Below, piece after piece: positions 38,655 to 49,800 of a stretch of 64,000 bases of DNA. Source of the stretch: Nitrosopumilus sp. (GTDB lineage Archaea > Thermoproteota > Nitrososphaeria > Nitrososphaerales > Nitrosopumilaceae); the NCBI GenBank assembly GCA_965206745.1, contig OZ242220.1, positions 320,001-384,000 on the forward strand, in the 5' to 3' direction. The position numbers and the translations under genes are program-made. Below the pieces are notes generated by a model. It was given only the letters and a program-made list of their open reading frames with translations, made no database searches and had not been told where the DNA came from. Position 1 is the first letter of the stretch; each line of letters starts with the position of its first letter.

Positions 38655-39524
38655 TTATTTTATCATCTTTTTGGCCTTGTACTTTTTCTCCATCTTTCTA
38701 AACTTTGAGAGCTCGACTAGATCATTGAACTGATCAAAGTTGACGACCTTCTGCCTGTACCTTGCAGTGTCCCCGGATTTTTTCAACTCAGTCAGTATGT
38801 TCATTGTTGCAAACGCGTTTGCATACAGGACTGATAGTGGATACAGAATAATGTTGAATCCCATCTTGCTTAGTGTCTGGGCTGAGCTCTGCGGGGTCGC
38901 TCCCCCCTCGATCATGTTTGCCACCAGCGGCGCGTTGATCCGTCTTCCTATCTCCCTCATCTCGTCTGCTGATTCTGGCGCCTCGACAAAGACTGCATCT
39001 GCACCTGTCTTTCTGTTTTGCCTTCCGCGTGCAATTGCCTCATCGAGTCCTCCGGTAGCCCTTGCATCGGTCCTTGCAACTATGATGAAATCCTTGCTTT
39101 CCCGCGCATCAACTGCAGCAGACAGCTTTTCTGTGTACTCCTCCTGTGAGACTGTCTCCTTTCCCTGCATGTGGCCGCATCTCTTGGGCCATCTCTGGTC
39201 CTCCAGAAACATCCCTGATGCGCCGGCTGATTCTAGCTCCCTTACCAGTTTCCAGACACTCAAGGCGTTTCCGTATCCGGTATCTGCATCAACAATCACC
39301 GGAACAGAGACTGCCCTGCAAATTCTTCTGGCATTATCCACAGTTTCAGCAGCACCGATAAACCCATAGTCTGGCATTCCAAACAGCGTGGCTGACGTCC
39401 CATATCCAGTTTGAAACATTGCATCAAATCCCACCTTTTGTGCAATCTTTGCACCAAGTGCGTCATAGACGCCTGGAATGACCAGTGGTTTTCTTGATTT
39501 TAGCATGCCCTTTAGATTCTTCAT
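38655..39524 (-). CDS. Isocitrate lyase/PEP mutase family enzyme (2-methylisocitrate lyase-like)
   Basis: DADTGYG, EDQRWPKRCGH, ARTDA. Confidence 0.85.
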   Translation of the reverse strand: MKNLKGMLKSRKPLVIPGVYDALGAKIAQKVGFDAMFQTGYGTSATLFGMPDYGFIGAAETVDNARRICRAVSVPVIVDADTGYGNALSVWKLVRELESAGASGMFLEDQRWPKRCGHMQGKETVSQEEYTEKLSAAVDARESKDFIIVARTDARATGGLDEAIARGRQNRKTGADAVFVEAPESADEMREIGRRINAPLVANMIEGGATPQSSAQTLSKMGFNIILYPLSVLYANAFATMNILTELKKSGDTARYRQKVVNFDQFNDLVELSKFRKMEKKYKAKKMIK

Positions 39525-39592
39525 AACTGTGCTGTCTCTTTCAATTATTTATGATTTTAATCAGTGGCCTGTATTCCCGAGTGACACCCTGA

Positions 39593-40105
39593 TTACTCTA
39601 TCTTGATCTCTTTGCCCTTCTTCTTTGCCTGTCTTTCCTGGATCTTTGCTAGCTCATCCTCCAGGAATTTCCTGTACCTGTCAGTCTCATCGTCGTTCAT
39701 GCTGGCATAGTTGGAGCTTAGAATGGATCCCATTGCCGAAATCTTCTCCAGCAGATCTGCTGCCACAAACCGTCCGACATTGCCCAACCTGAACAAGACC
39801 TCTAGCTGCTTCTTGAGGATGTCATTTACCTTGTCTACATCCTCTGCCGTCTCCTTTCCCTTCCTTGTCAGCTGGTATCTTCCGTCCTTGGCCTCCTCAA
39901 TGAGGCCCTCGTCTAGCAGCCTGCCCAGTAACGGATAGATCAGTCCCGGTGACGGCTTCCAGATGCCGTTGCTCTGCTCTGCAGCATAGTCAATGATCTC
40001 CTTTCCCGTATGCGGCGTCTTTTTTAGCAGCTCCAGGATAAAGTACCTTGAGAATCCTCTTGGTACGGAGCTTCCCACCCTTTGAAACCACTCTGAGATC
40101 ATCAC
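39593..40105 (-). CDS. PadR-family transcriptional regulator
   Basis: WKPSPGLIYPLLGRL...YQLTRKG. Confidence 0.88.
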   Translation of the reverse strand: MMISEWFQRVGSSVPRGFSRYFILELLKKTPHTGKEIIDYAAEQSNGIWKPSPGLIYPLLGRLLDEGLIEEAKDGRYQLTRKGKETAEDVDKVNDILKKQLEVLFRLGNVGRFVAADLLEKISAMGSILSSNYASMNDDETDRYRKFLEDELAKIQERQAKKKGKEIKIE

Positions 40106-40877
40106 TAGTAATATCGCTAGTGATATACTTTAATGTTTTGTGTATCGATTCGTATGGTACTATCCCAGAATTAGGGCTTTGTATCCTTTCCAGGTTCTTG
40201 GTATGTTGGGTCAAAATCTGTCTGATATGGCAAAACTTTGATGATTCCCGAACCGTATAATTGAACTGATTAACTTTGAGTATGTACCGATCATCCAAAT
40301 TTCCAGAACTGAGTTTGAAGGTATTCTGTATTGGAACTGTTAATTCAAATGCATTTTTCTAATGCCTGCACACAGGCATTATCAATTCTATGATCTTTTG
40401 GTTTGATTCTGCCAAATTACAAACCTGAAGAAAAAGGCAGAACCATCCAAGTCCGATGGAATCGCTGCAGTCCGGAGATGGGGGGGGGGATTCTGAAATT
40501 ATGCTAAATCACAAAATATTGCCAAGATGCAAGGATGAGGGCTTTTCTGTACATCATGTATTGGTGGAAGATTATTCCAAAACATACAGTCTGCATGACG
40601 TGCATCTTTGAGGGTGCCAGATGTGATTGTACATTGATTGCAATCTGACACATTTGAAATTTATGCGATCATGTTATCATCCTATCTAGTTCCAAATTGA
40701 TTTGTATGGCACCAATAACTGGCAAAAATCCAATTTTGCATCCTCTGAGCAACAAATGTGGGTTGAAAAATTCAAAAAATCATACTCTATTTTGTAATTA
40801 TTACACATTTTACCCTGTTAACTTGCAGATCGCAGCTGATCAGAACTATCTATATACTATATCATTCAAATTGATCA

Positions 40878-43800
40878 GTGAATAAAACACTGTTTCTATT
40901 ATTTATTTTCATTCTCATTCCAGTAGGCATCTCTGAGGCCCAAGTTGGAACACCTGATAGTTCAGATGCAGACCTGAATCTCTCCATTGCACCTGTCAGC
41001 CAAAGTTCCCAGAGTGATGACATAGTGACATTGACTGCCAATGCAACTGGTGATAATCCTCTAACCTTTTCATGGTCCCAGATATACGACGGATCCCCCA
41101 TAGTGAGACTGCAAAATGCAGACAGTGCTGTGGCCTCTTTTAGAATACCTTATGCAGTAATCGAGCAGGCTGCAACCCTGTCATTCTCAGTCAGTACCAC
41201 TGACGGACAGGACAGTGTCACAGAAACTATTGATGTTCCAGTGACACTTACTGTCAAGCCTCCAATAGTCGTACCCCCACGGGAACTGACCCCCGGAGTT
41301 GCAGAGATGATATTCTTTGAGCAGCAGTGGGATGATACTGACAGATGGACACTAGATGACTCATGGAATATTGCAAGTCCCACTGATACGTTACCTGTTG
41401 ATACCAACAACCGCGTCATCAGCATCGGAGGGTGTGAAGGCTCCTGTCCTTTACAGATGAGCAACGAGGTCAAACTATCCACCCATGATGGCGCAGACCT
41501 TCTCCTCTGGGTCTGGTTTGGGGATCAGATTGCAAATACAGACTCGCTAAACATCGAGACTGCAGCTACCCTAGATGGCACCTGGGAGAACAGGCATGCC
41601 ATAAACGTGGACCAGTCTACACACCAGAGATGGTTCCCAGTTACGATAAACCTCGATGATCTTGCAGGCAGTGACTTTTTCCTCAGACTCACACCGTCAC
41701 TTGAGGGGGATGATGGTATCATCCAGATTGATGCAGTACAATTAATTGCAAAGATAAATGATAATGTAAAGCCTGAAATCTCAAACGTACCCAAATACAT
41801 AACACAGGATACCTTTGGCCCGTCAGTTGTCACCTTTGCCAGGCCTACTGCAGTTGACAATGTTGATGGTCCGGTTGCCGTAGAGTGTGATGCTCCAAGC
41901 GGCGTGGTTTATCCGTTTGGCACCACTACTGTAACCTGCAGATCCGAGGATTCTGTGGGTAATACGGCTAGTGTCCCATTTGATATTACATTAAACCTGT
42001 ACATCCCCCTGGAGATTACCGCCCCTGATGACCTGACTTTGGAGGCTACAGGAGAATTAACTCTGGTTGATCTGGGCACTGCCACTCTCAACCGGGATGC
42101 TGCAATCACAAATGACGCACCGGACTTGTTTACACTTGGCAACACCACTATAACATGGACTGCCCAGGACGACAAGGGGACCGCAGAGGATGTGCAGGTT
42201 ATCACCATACAGGACACGACAGATCCCGTAATTACACCACCTGGTGACGTCACACTTGAGGCTACAGGCATATTATCCATGATTAATCTGGGTACTGCAA
42301 CTGCAACAGATACTGTGGATGCAATGCCGACTATCACCAGTGATGCCCCTACATCCTTTCCAATCGGTGTCACTATAGTAACCTACACTGCAACTGATGA
42401 CTCTGGCAACTCTGTAACTGCCATACAGAATATCACCATACGGGATACGGGACCAATGCTGATTTTACCATTTGATGTTACAGCTGAGGCCACAGGTGTA
42501 CTGACTAGTGTAGACATTGGAACTGCCACAGTTAACGACAATATTGATTCCATAACTGCGACAAATGACGCACCTGACTCGTACCCGTTAGGTGAGAACA
42601 AGGTCACCTGGACTGCCGAGGACAGTTCTGGAAATACTGTAACTGCAGTACAAAAAGTCACCATACAGGATACGACAAACCCATACTTTGATACCCCAGA
42701 GTCCTATAACGTCTTTGCAGAGGCCACGGGTACATTTACCCCAGTTGAGCTTGACGTCATACCTGCACATGATATTGTAGACCCTGACGTTACAGTTACA
42801 AATGACGCACCTGACTCTTTCCCCATTGGCTTTACCTTTGTAATTTGGACTGCAACTGACAGTTCCGGAAATACGGCCCAGTACAAGCAAGTTGTAGCCG
42901 TTAATGATAGCACAAAACCAACCATTACGGTTCCCGATGATATTACCATCGAGGCCAGTAACCTGCTTACCATGATTAATCTGGGTACTGCAACTGCAAC
43001 AGATATTGTGGATGCAATGCCTACCATTACCAGCGATGCCCCGACCTCCTTCCCAGTCGGTGTCACTATAGTAACCTATACTGCAACTGACTACATTGGC
43101 AATTATGCAACTGGTATCCAGAAGGTGACAGTACGGGATACGACAGAACCCATGCTGATTCTACCGTCTGACATTACAGCAGAGGCCACAGGTGCGCTGA
43201 CTAGCGTAGACATTGGAACTGCCGCAGTTAACGACAATGTTGATTCCATAACTGCGACAAATAATTCACCTGACTCCTTCCCGCTAGGTGAGACCCAAGT
43301 TACGTGGACTGCCAAGGATAATGCAAACAATGTGGCAACTGCCATACAGACAGTCACCATTCGGGATACGACAAATCCAACCATTACAGTTCCAAACAGC
43401 ATAATTACAGAGGCCACAGACATACTGACTGCCGTGGATATAGGCAGTGCGACTGCCAGTGACATTGCAGATTCAAATGTCACCATTACAAATGACGCCC
43501 CCGACTCCTTCCCTGCTGACTCTACCATTATCACATGGACTGCAACTGATGATTCAGGCAATACTGCCAGTGATACCCAGACTGTGAGGATTCGGGATAC
43601 CACAAAGCCCGTCTTTACCAGTTTTCCTGATGATATTACTGTAATATCTGCAAACAATATTGCCGTAGAGTTTGAGATTCCTACTGCAAGTGACATCTTT
43701 CCGGTAACCGTACAGTGTGATGAGGATTCAGGCGCCTTGTTCCCTGTGGGCATCACACCAATCACATGCTTTGCCATTGATGCAAACAACAGACTTGTAC

Positions 43801-46181
43801 GGGATTCCTTCTCCATTACAGTTGTAGCATCTGTATCCCCTGATGCACCTGCCGCTCTGTCAGCTTCAAATATCCGAGCACATGACTTTGTTCTCAACTG
43901 GTCTGCACCGGACCTAAATGGCGGAACCCTGCTCCGCTATGATATTCTGCGCGATCCGCCCGCACCTGCCTTTGCCTCAACAAACAATACCACATATACC
44001 GTAACAGGTCTTGATCCGGATACATCCTCTACATATGCAGTAAGGGCCGTAACTGACGGGGGTCAAAGTCCAATTAGTAATGTTGTAAGTGTGAGGACAC
44101 TGTCTGCATTGCCGCCAGGACCAATAGATGACCTGTCTGCAGTCAACATAACCTCAGACTCCCTGATATTGGAATGGACAGAACCGGATCTAAACGGCGG
44201 CGCACTCCGAGAATACCGACTGTCCAGTACATCTCCACACGGAAACTCTACAACACAACTTGCCCTAACTACTGAACCATTCTATTTCGTTATCGATCTG
44301 CAACCAGATACACAATATTCATTTAGTGTAGAGGCATCAAATGAGGCAGGTTTTGGACAACCTTCTAACATAGTCGATATAATAACTCTGGAACTTCCAT
44401 TACCAGATCCAGTAGATGATCTAAGGGCTAGTGATATAACACACAATTCAGTAAGATTAAAATGGTCAGAGCCTAATCTTAATGGTGTAAGAATACCTCA
44501 TTATGCTATAAGTGTATACACTGGTGATGTACCAAAACCAAGAGCTTATACGTCATCTCCATTCGCATTAATTGGAAATTTAGAACCTGATACAGAATAC
44601 AACGCTCTAATAACTGCACGCCCAGCTAATGGAGAGGTAGATGGAAACATAATTACATTTACAACATTACCCAGGCCAGTAAATGATCTGACTGTCAGTG
44701 AGATAACTACAGAGTCATTAACATTATCTTGGACGCAACCCGTATTCAATAATAGCACGCTTCAAACTTATCATATCCTGTCTGCCTCACCACATGGAAC
44801 TCCGACAACTATTCTTGCCAACACAACAAATACCTCCTATACCGTTTCAGACCTAATGCCACACATTGCTTACTCCTTTTCAGTAAGAACTGTAACAAAT
44901 CAAGGCGCTACAAGCGAATCCGGTAACATCATAAATACAAGAACGTTACTTATACCCCCCGAATCTGGTAAAGATTTGGTGGTTACAAACATCACTTCAA
45001 ATTCCATAAGATTGGAATGGACACAACTGGACCTAAATAATGGCACACTCTTAGAATATAGATTACTATCAACATCACCTCACAGTGACCCTGCAACACA
45101 ACTTGCCCTAACTACTGAACCATTCTATGAGGTGACAGACTTGACCCCCAACACTGATTATTCTTTTAGAGTTCAGGCAATAACAGAAGATGGTTACAGT
45201 GTTGATAGTACAATACTTGACACTGCAACCCTCCCCTTGGATACGACAAATCCTGTATTTACCAGCTTTCCAGATGATATAACCGTGAAATCTAAAAATA
45301 GTGTTTCTATAGAGTTTGCAAGTCCGACTGCAACAGATCTCTACCCAGTAACCATACTGTGTAGTCATAATTCAGGCGATTTATTTTCTATCGGCAGTAC
45401 ACTAGTTACATGCACTGCAACTGATACAAGCGACAACTCTGTACAGGACTCCTTCATAGTAACAGTTAATGCCGTGACTGGATTTGAAACCATAACTGAT
45501 GACTTTGAAAATCTTGATTCCTGGGAGGTTTACGACCCAGTAGGCACTTGGGCTCATAATGGTTCACGGGGCTTCAATAATTACACAGTTGCAGTCACTG
45601 CAACTGACGGCAACCCCGCACCATCTGTCCTGATCACAGGTAATGGGGCGATTACCGGTGCCGGAATTCATAGATACTTTTCCCTTGAGAACCATGATTC
45701 AAATGATCCGCTATACATCAGCATTGATTATAATGTATCCTCAGATTATAGTTTCTTTGCAGACATTGTTAATCTTGTCATACTCAATACTGACGGCAAA
45801 CGCCTGCTTACAGATCGTTTATCTCCAAGTCCCCATTATAGAATTGGTTCTGGATGGGACACACGTAATATTGATATTTCACAGTATGTATCAGGACAAG
45901 ACGATATCGAGGTACGACTGCATCACCAGGATTTCTCCTCTACAGACTTGCATCAGGTAGTGTCCTTTGACAACTTTTATCTTGGTACGAATCCTCTGCC
46001 ATCTCGAAGCATCAGTGGTGAGGCAGACATACAGCTGACACCACTCCAAGAACCCCTGCAAATATCTCAATACCACCAGACACAGATATGTGAACTGATT
46101 GAATTACAGGACGAGTCTTCAGATCTGTATTATTATATGCTGGACCTGATACGCGCATACAACATGACCGCTACCTGCTGA
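40878..46181 (+). CDS. Large secreted surface protein with HYR repeats, about six fibronectin type III domains and terminal jelly-roll-like domains
   Basis: Signal peptide; DTTxPxIT...FPxGxTxVTWTAxD HYR units; LxWxxPDLNGG...LxPDTxY FN3 units. Confidence 0.85.
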   Translation: MNKTLFLLFIFILIPVGISEAQVGTPDSSDADLNLSIAPVSQSSQSDDIVTLTANATGDNPLTFSWSQIYDGSPIVRLQNADSAVASFRIPYAVIEQAATLSFSVSTTDGQDSVTETIDVPVTLTVKPPIVVPPRELTPGVAEMIFFEQQWDDTDRWTLDDSWNIASPTDTLPVDTNNRVISIGGCEGSCPLQMSNEVKLSTHDGADLLLWVWFGDQIANTDSLNIETAATLDGTWENRHAINVDQSTHQRWFPVTINLDDLAGSDFFLRLTPSLEGDDGIIQIDAVQLIAKINDNVKPEISNVPKYITQDTFGPSVVTFARPTAVDNVDGPVAVECDAPSGVVYPFGTTTVTCRSEDSVGNTASVPFDITLNLYIPLEITAPDDLTLEATGELTLVDLGTATLNRDAAITNDAPDLFTLGNTTITWTAQDDKGTAEDVQVITIQDTTDPVITPPGDVTLEATGILSMINLGTATATDTVDAMPTITSDAPTSFPIGVTIVTYTATDDSGNSVTAIQNITIRDTGPMLILPFDVTAEATGVLTSVDIGTATVNDNIDSITATNDAPDSYPLGENKVTWTAEDSSGNTVTAVQKVTIQDTTNPYFDTPESYNVFAEATGTFTPVELDVIPAHDIVDPDVTVTNDAPDSFPIGFTFVIWTATDSSGNTAQYKQVVAVNDSTKPTITVPDDITIEASNLLTMINLGTATATDIVDAMPTITSDAPTSFPVGVTIVTYTATDYIGNYATGIQKVTVRDTTEPMLILPSDITAEATGALTSVDIGTAAVNDNVDSITATNNSPDSFPLGETQVTWTAKDNANNVATAIQTVTIRDTTNPTITVPNSIITEATDILTAVDIGSATASDIADSNVTITNDAPDSFPADSTIITWTATDDSGNTASDTQTVRIRDTTKPVFTSFPDDITVISANNIAVEFEIPTASDIFPVTVQCDEDSGALFPVGITPITCFAIDANNRLVRDSFSITVVASVSPDAPAALSASNIRAHDFVLNWSAPDLNGGTLLRYDILRDPPAPAFASTNNTTYTVTGLDPDTSSTYAVRAVTDGGQSPISNVVSVRTLSALPPGPIDDLSAVNITSDSLILEWTEPDLNGGALREYRLSSTSPHGNSTTQLALTTEPFYFVIDLQPDTQYSFSVEASNEAGFGQPSNIVDIITLELPLPDPVDDLRASDITHNSVRLKWSEPNLNGVRIPHYAISVYTGDVPKPRAYTSSPFALIGNLEPDTEYNALITARPANGEVDGNIITFTTLPRPVNDLTVSEITTESLTLSWTQPVFNNSTLQTYHILSASPHGTPTTILANTTNTSYTVSDLMPHIAYSFSVRTVTNQGATSESGNIINTRTLLIPPESGKDLVVTNITSNSIRLEWTQLDLNNGTLLEYRLLSTSPHSDPATQLALTTEPFYEVTDLTPNTDYSFRVQAITEDGYSVDSTILDTATLPLDTTNPVFTSFPDDITVKSKNSVSIEFASPTATDLYPVTILCSHNSGDLFSIGSTLVTCTATDTSDNSVQDSFIVTVNAVTGFETITDDFENLDSWEVYDPVGTWAHNGSRGFNNYTVAVTATDGNPAPSVLITGNGAITGAGIHRYFSLENHDSNDPLYISIDYNVSSDYSFFADIVNLVILNTDGKRLLTDRLSPSPHYRIGSGWDTRNIDISQYVSGQDDIEVRLHHQDFSSTDLHQVVSFDNFYLGTNPLPSRSISGEADIQLTPLQEPLQISQYHQTQICELIELQDESSDLYYYMLDLIRAYNMTATC

Positions 46182-46731
46182 TAGATACGCCATCAAGTCA
46201 GGATTCGGGTTTGTATCTTGATTACTGACAGATATTTCCTATTTGTAGCAAACCAGTACCAGAAGATTAACTGTTGTGATTGCTAGTTATTGCCTGGATC
46301 ATCTTTATAGATTTACATTGACAGAGATGAATCAAAGAAGATAGGATTGTTCATGTCTGTGTACACAGGCATATCTCAGAGTTCAGTCTGGACTGCAGGC
46401 AAATCATCTGAATGAAACATGCTACAAGGCAGTTGTGAATAACTGGAGTCACACAAGCCCATGGCACCATCTATCTTAAATCCGTCAGTTCATGGGATTC
46501 AACTATGGTTGAATGTATGGCGTATGTGTGGCGTATGTGTGGCATGTGATATTTTTGTCCAAATCTTGGTATGGGGGTCACCCTTGTCTTTTGGTTAGAT
46601 ACGAATCAGCATGGCTGGAAATATTTTTGAACCTGTTTTTTTTGAATAGAGATCCCATACCATTCTTCTTCAAACTCTAAATTAATCAAAAGGCAACTCA
46701 GACAGATAAATACCAGTGAATAGCTCATTGG

Positions 46732-47028
46732 CTACTCACATTCAACAGAAAATTTGTTGATACCTACTATGATGCCTATATCCGATGTACTAAGCGTTGA
46801 TACAAGTTTGCCTTTTTGCACTTGATAATGAATGCTATCATTTGAGTGCAAGTAATGTTTAGTTGCAACCATGATCTCATCTTTCATCTCTTCTGTGTCT
46901 TGACCTCCAATTATAATTCCTGGAATTTCCATAACTTCAAAGATGTTGTCTTTTCCATCTTTTTTATGAAGAGAACTTGTGCTGCCGGCATCGTTTTGTT
47001 ATATAATATAGTGAGAATTTTCTGCCAT
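46732..47028 (-). pseudogene. HicB-like antitoxin remnant with premature stop
   Basis: In-frame ATG 47028, TAA at 47001-46999, then ...FEVMEIPGIIIGGQDTEEMKDEI, resembling the HicB PDLPG...G.T.EEA motif. Confidence 0.45.
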
Positions 47029-47303
47029 TCAAAATATTGTCAATTTTGTCTCTAAAGGATGTAATTTTTACAACTTTTGATCTATTAAAATTCCAAAAAT
47101 TACACGCTTAATCTAGCCAAGAGCTCATTTCCACTTCACACTGTATAAGCCCTCATTTCCACTAATTTGTGGCTATCCCTGGGAGGTACAATACTGCCCA
47201 GAATACGGCCAACTGACTTGGTGTAATCTGCAGGCTTGAACCTAAAATATGCCCCTGTCAATTACTACATATTTATCCCACACAAAGCAAGTTTGACTGA
47301 AAA

Positions 47304-49016
47304 ATGACAGATACCATAGAATTTGACCTGATCATCTGCGGTTCTGGACTGGCCGGACTGCGGGCGGCAATTGCCGCTGCAAAGAGGGGACCTCATCTCA
47401 AGATTGGAGTCGTCTCAAAGGTTCAGGTGATGCGCTCGCACTCTGTATCTGCCGAAGGGGGCACTGCCGCAGTTCTTTTTGAGGATGAGGGTGATACCAT
47501 AGAGTCGCACGTATATGATACCGTAAAGGGCAGCGACTTTCTTGCAGACCAGGATGTCGCTGAGAGACTCTGCGTCGAGATGCCGCAGGAGATACACCAG
47601 CTGGACCACTGGGGAATGCCCTGGTCAAGGAGGAAGGACGGCAGAATCGACCAGCGAAACTTTGGGGGGTACAGTTTTCCAAGAGCAACATATGCGTCAG
47701 ACAAGGTAGGCTTTTTTGAGATGCAGACCCTGTATGATACCTGTCAAAAGTTTGATAATATAGAATACCTTAACGAGTGGTTTGTAACATCAATTATTCA
47801 TGACGGAAAACAGTTCATGGGAGTGACTGCCATAGAACTGGGTTCCGGAACGTTTTACATCATCAAGGGAAAGGCACTGATCATTGCAACCGGTGGTGCC
47901 GGAAGGCTGTACAGCTTTTCAACCTATGCATTATCCTCTACCCCTGACGGCCTGGACATGGGACTGCGTGCCGGCATGGCACTCAAGGACATGGAGTTTG
48001 TCCAGTTCCATCCGACTGGAATCCTGCCGTCCGGAATACTGATTACCGAAGGTGCACGCGGCGAGGGCGGCTATCTTCTTAATAACAAGGGTGAGCGGTT
48101 CATGAAGTCGTATGCTGCAGGCAAGATGGAGCTGGCCCCGCGTGACATCGTATCAAGATCAATAATGACAGAGATTCAGGGTGGCCGCGGATTCAAGCAC
48201 GAGACCGGCGTTGACTGCATGAAGCTTGACCTGAGGCATCTCGGTGATGAAAAGATCCGGGAGAAGCTTGGCGGCATCAGGGAGATATCAATAAAGTTTT
48301 CAGGACAGGATCCGGCGCAAGATCTGCTTGACATCAGGCCTGTCTGCCATTACATGATGGGCGGACTGCACACTGATATTGACGGTGCAACTGAGATACA
48401 GGGCGTCTGGGCCGCAGGTGAGGCTGCATGCAACAGCGTCCACGGCTCCAACCGTCTTGGTGCAAATTCCACATCCGAATGTATCGTATGGGGCAAGATT
48501 ACCGGTGAGCTTGCAGTCGACTATATCCAGAGCAACCGGCAGACCAACCCCTGGCCCCACCATCTGGTGGTAGCAGAAGAGAAGAGAATCTATGACGAAA
48601 TTTTCCGGGGGGGCGGCAGCGTCAACCCGTATGAGATTAGACAGCAATTAACTGATACCATGAATGAAAAGGCATACGTGTACAAGAACCAGACTGACCT
48701 AGTTGAGGGCCTCAAGACAATTCGGGAACTAAAGACGCAGGCATGGAGGCATGTCGATGACAAGGCAAAGGAGTACAATACCAACTTTGCAAACGTCATG
48801 GAGCTTGACTCGATGTTCAGGGTTGCAGAGATCATCCTGCTTGGCGCAATAAACAGAAGAGAGTCCCGCGGCGCACATGCCCGAACCGACTATCCAAAGC
48901 GCGATGACGCTAACTTTTTACATCATACCCTTGCCTACTATGATCCAGAGGAGCCAATCATGAAGACACATCCGGTAACCATCACAAAGTATCAGCCAGT
49001 GGAGAGGGTATACTAG
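47304..49016 (+). CDS. sdhA: Succinate dehydrogenase flavoprotein subunit
   Basis: RSHSVSAEGG (FAD His), QFHPTG, HGSNRLGANS, RRESRGAH. Confidence 0.96.
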   Translation: MTDTIEFDLIICGSGLAGLRAAIAAAKRGPHLKIGVVSKVQVMRSHSVSAEGGTAAVLFEDEGDTIESHVYDTVKGSDFLADQDVAERLCVEMPQEIHQLDHWGMPWSRRKDGRIDQRNFGGYSFPRATYASDKVGFFEMQTLYDTCQKFDNIEYLNEWFVTSIIHDGKQFMGVTAIELGSGTFYIIKGKALIIATGGAGRLYSFSTYALSSTPDGLDMGLRAGMALKDMEFVQFHPTGILPSGILITEGARGEGGYLLNNKGERFMKSYAAGKMELAPRDIVSRSIMTEIQGGRGFKHETGVDCMKLDLRHLGDEKIREKLGGIREISIKFSGQDPAQDLLDIRPVCHYMMGGLHTDIDGATEIQGVWAAGEAACNSVHGSNRLGANSTSECIVWGKITGELAVDYIQSNRQTNPWPHHLVVAEEKRIYDEIFRGGGSVNPYEIRQQLTDTMNEKAYVYKNQTDLVEGLKTIRELKTQAWRHVDDKAKEYNTNFANVMELDSMFRVAEIILLGAINRRESRGAHARTDYPKRDDANFLHHTLAYYDPEEPIMKTHPVTITKYQPVERVY

Positions 49017-49448
49017 ATGCCAAAGGACGAGCACAAGGAGGGCATCGGCGGCATGATCAATCCGCGCAGATACGGCATTGAGCGCGTTGCATACATCATG
49101 ATGCGGCTAAGCGGACTTGGACTGCTGGCATACTTTATCGGCCACATCTATGAGACAAGCAACATACTGCGGGGAAAGGTCGGCTGGGATGACTTTCTGG
49201 AGATGATATCAGGTACTGAGGGCCACATCGTCCTATCCATTGTAATTGCAATGTGCGTGTTTCATACCGTAAACGGGGTCCGTGTGATGCTCGGCCACGG
49301 CGGGGTCGGAGTAGGAAAACCTGCAAGACCGGACTATCCATATGATCCGGCATCGCAGAACTATAAACACAAGATTGGAATTTATTCGGCAATTGTACTT
49401 GCGGCAGTTGCAATGATGTATGGCTTGGCAGTGATGTTTGGTGAGTAA
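49017..49448 (+). CDS. sdhC: Succinate dehydrogenase membrane anchor subunit C
   Basis: RLSG...GH, HTVNGVR; operon position. Confidence 0.88.
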   Translation: MPKDEHKEGIGGMINPRRYGIERVAYIMMRLSGLGLLAYFIGHIYETSNILRGKVGWDDFLEMISGTEGHIVLSIVIAMCVFHTVNGVRVMLGHGGVGVGKPARPDYPYDPASQNYKHKIGIYSAIVLAAVAMMYGLAVMFGE

Positions 49449-49449
49449 G

Positions 49450-49797
49450 ATGATTAGGGAAAGCACAATCATGAAGATCCACTACGGGACTGCCCTGGCA
49501 TCAGTCGCACTAGTAGCAGTACACATACTCATGCGCCTTACAACTGGATATGCCGAATCCCTGGAGTATGAGAGCGTCCTTGCAAACTATAGGTTTGTCC
49601 CGTACGCCATAATGCTTGAGATTATCCTGATTTTATTGTCAGTCCACGGCTTCAACGGCCTCCGCGTCATTCTCCTTGAGCTAAAGCAGGGACGAATATA
49701 TGAAAAGGCAGTATCATACGGCTGCCTTGCCGCAATGATCGGATTAATAGCCTACGGCTCTAGAACAATTATCATGACCAACATGGGGATGGCATAG
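49450..49797 (+). CDS. sdhD: Succinate dehydrogenase membrane anchor subunit D
   Basis: HGFNGLRVIL, three TM helices; operon position. Confidence 0.85.
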   Translation: MIRESTIMKIHYGTALASVALVAVHILMRLTTGYAESLEYESVLANYRFVPYAIMLEIILILLSVHGFNGLRVILLELKQGRIYEKAVSYGCLAAMIGLIAYGSRTIIMTNMGMA

Positions 49798-49800
49798 GAG

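Noticed and set aside
40480-40489. G10 homopolymer as a phase-variation switch
   Set aside because: About 390 bp upstream of the surface-protein start, outside any ORF or recognisable core promoter
46518-46548. 11-bp tandem repeat (tggcgtatgtg x~2.8)
   Set aside because: Too short; likely slippage in decaying DNA
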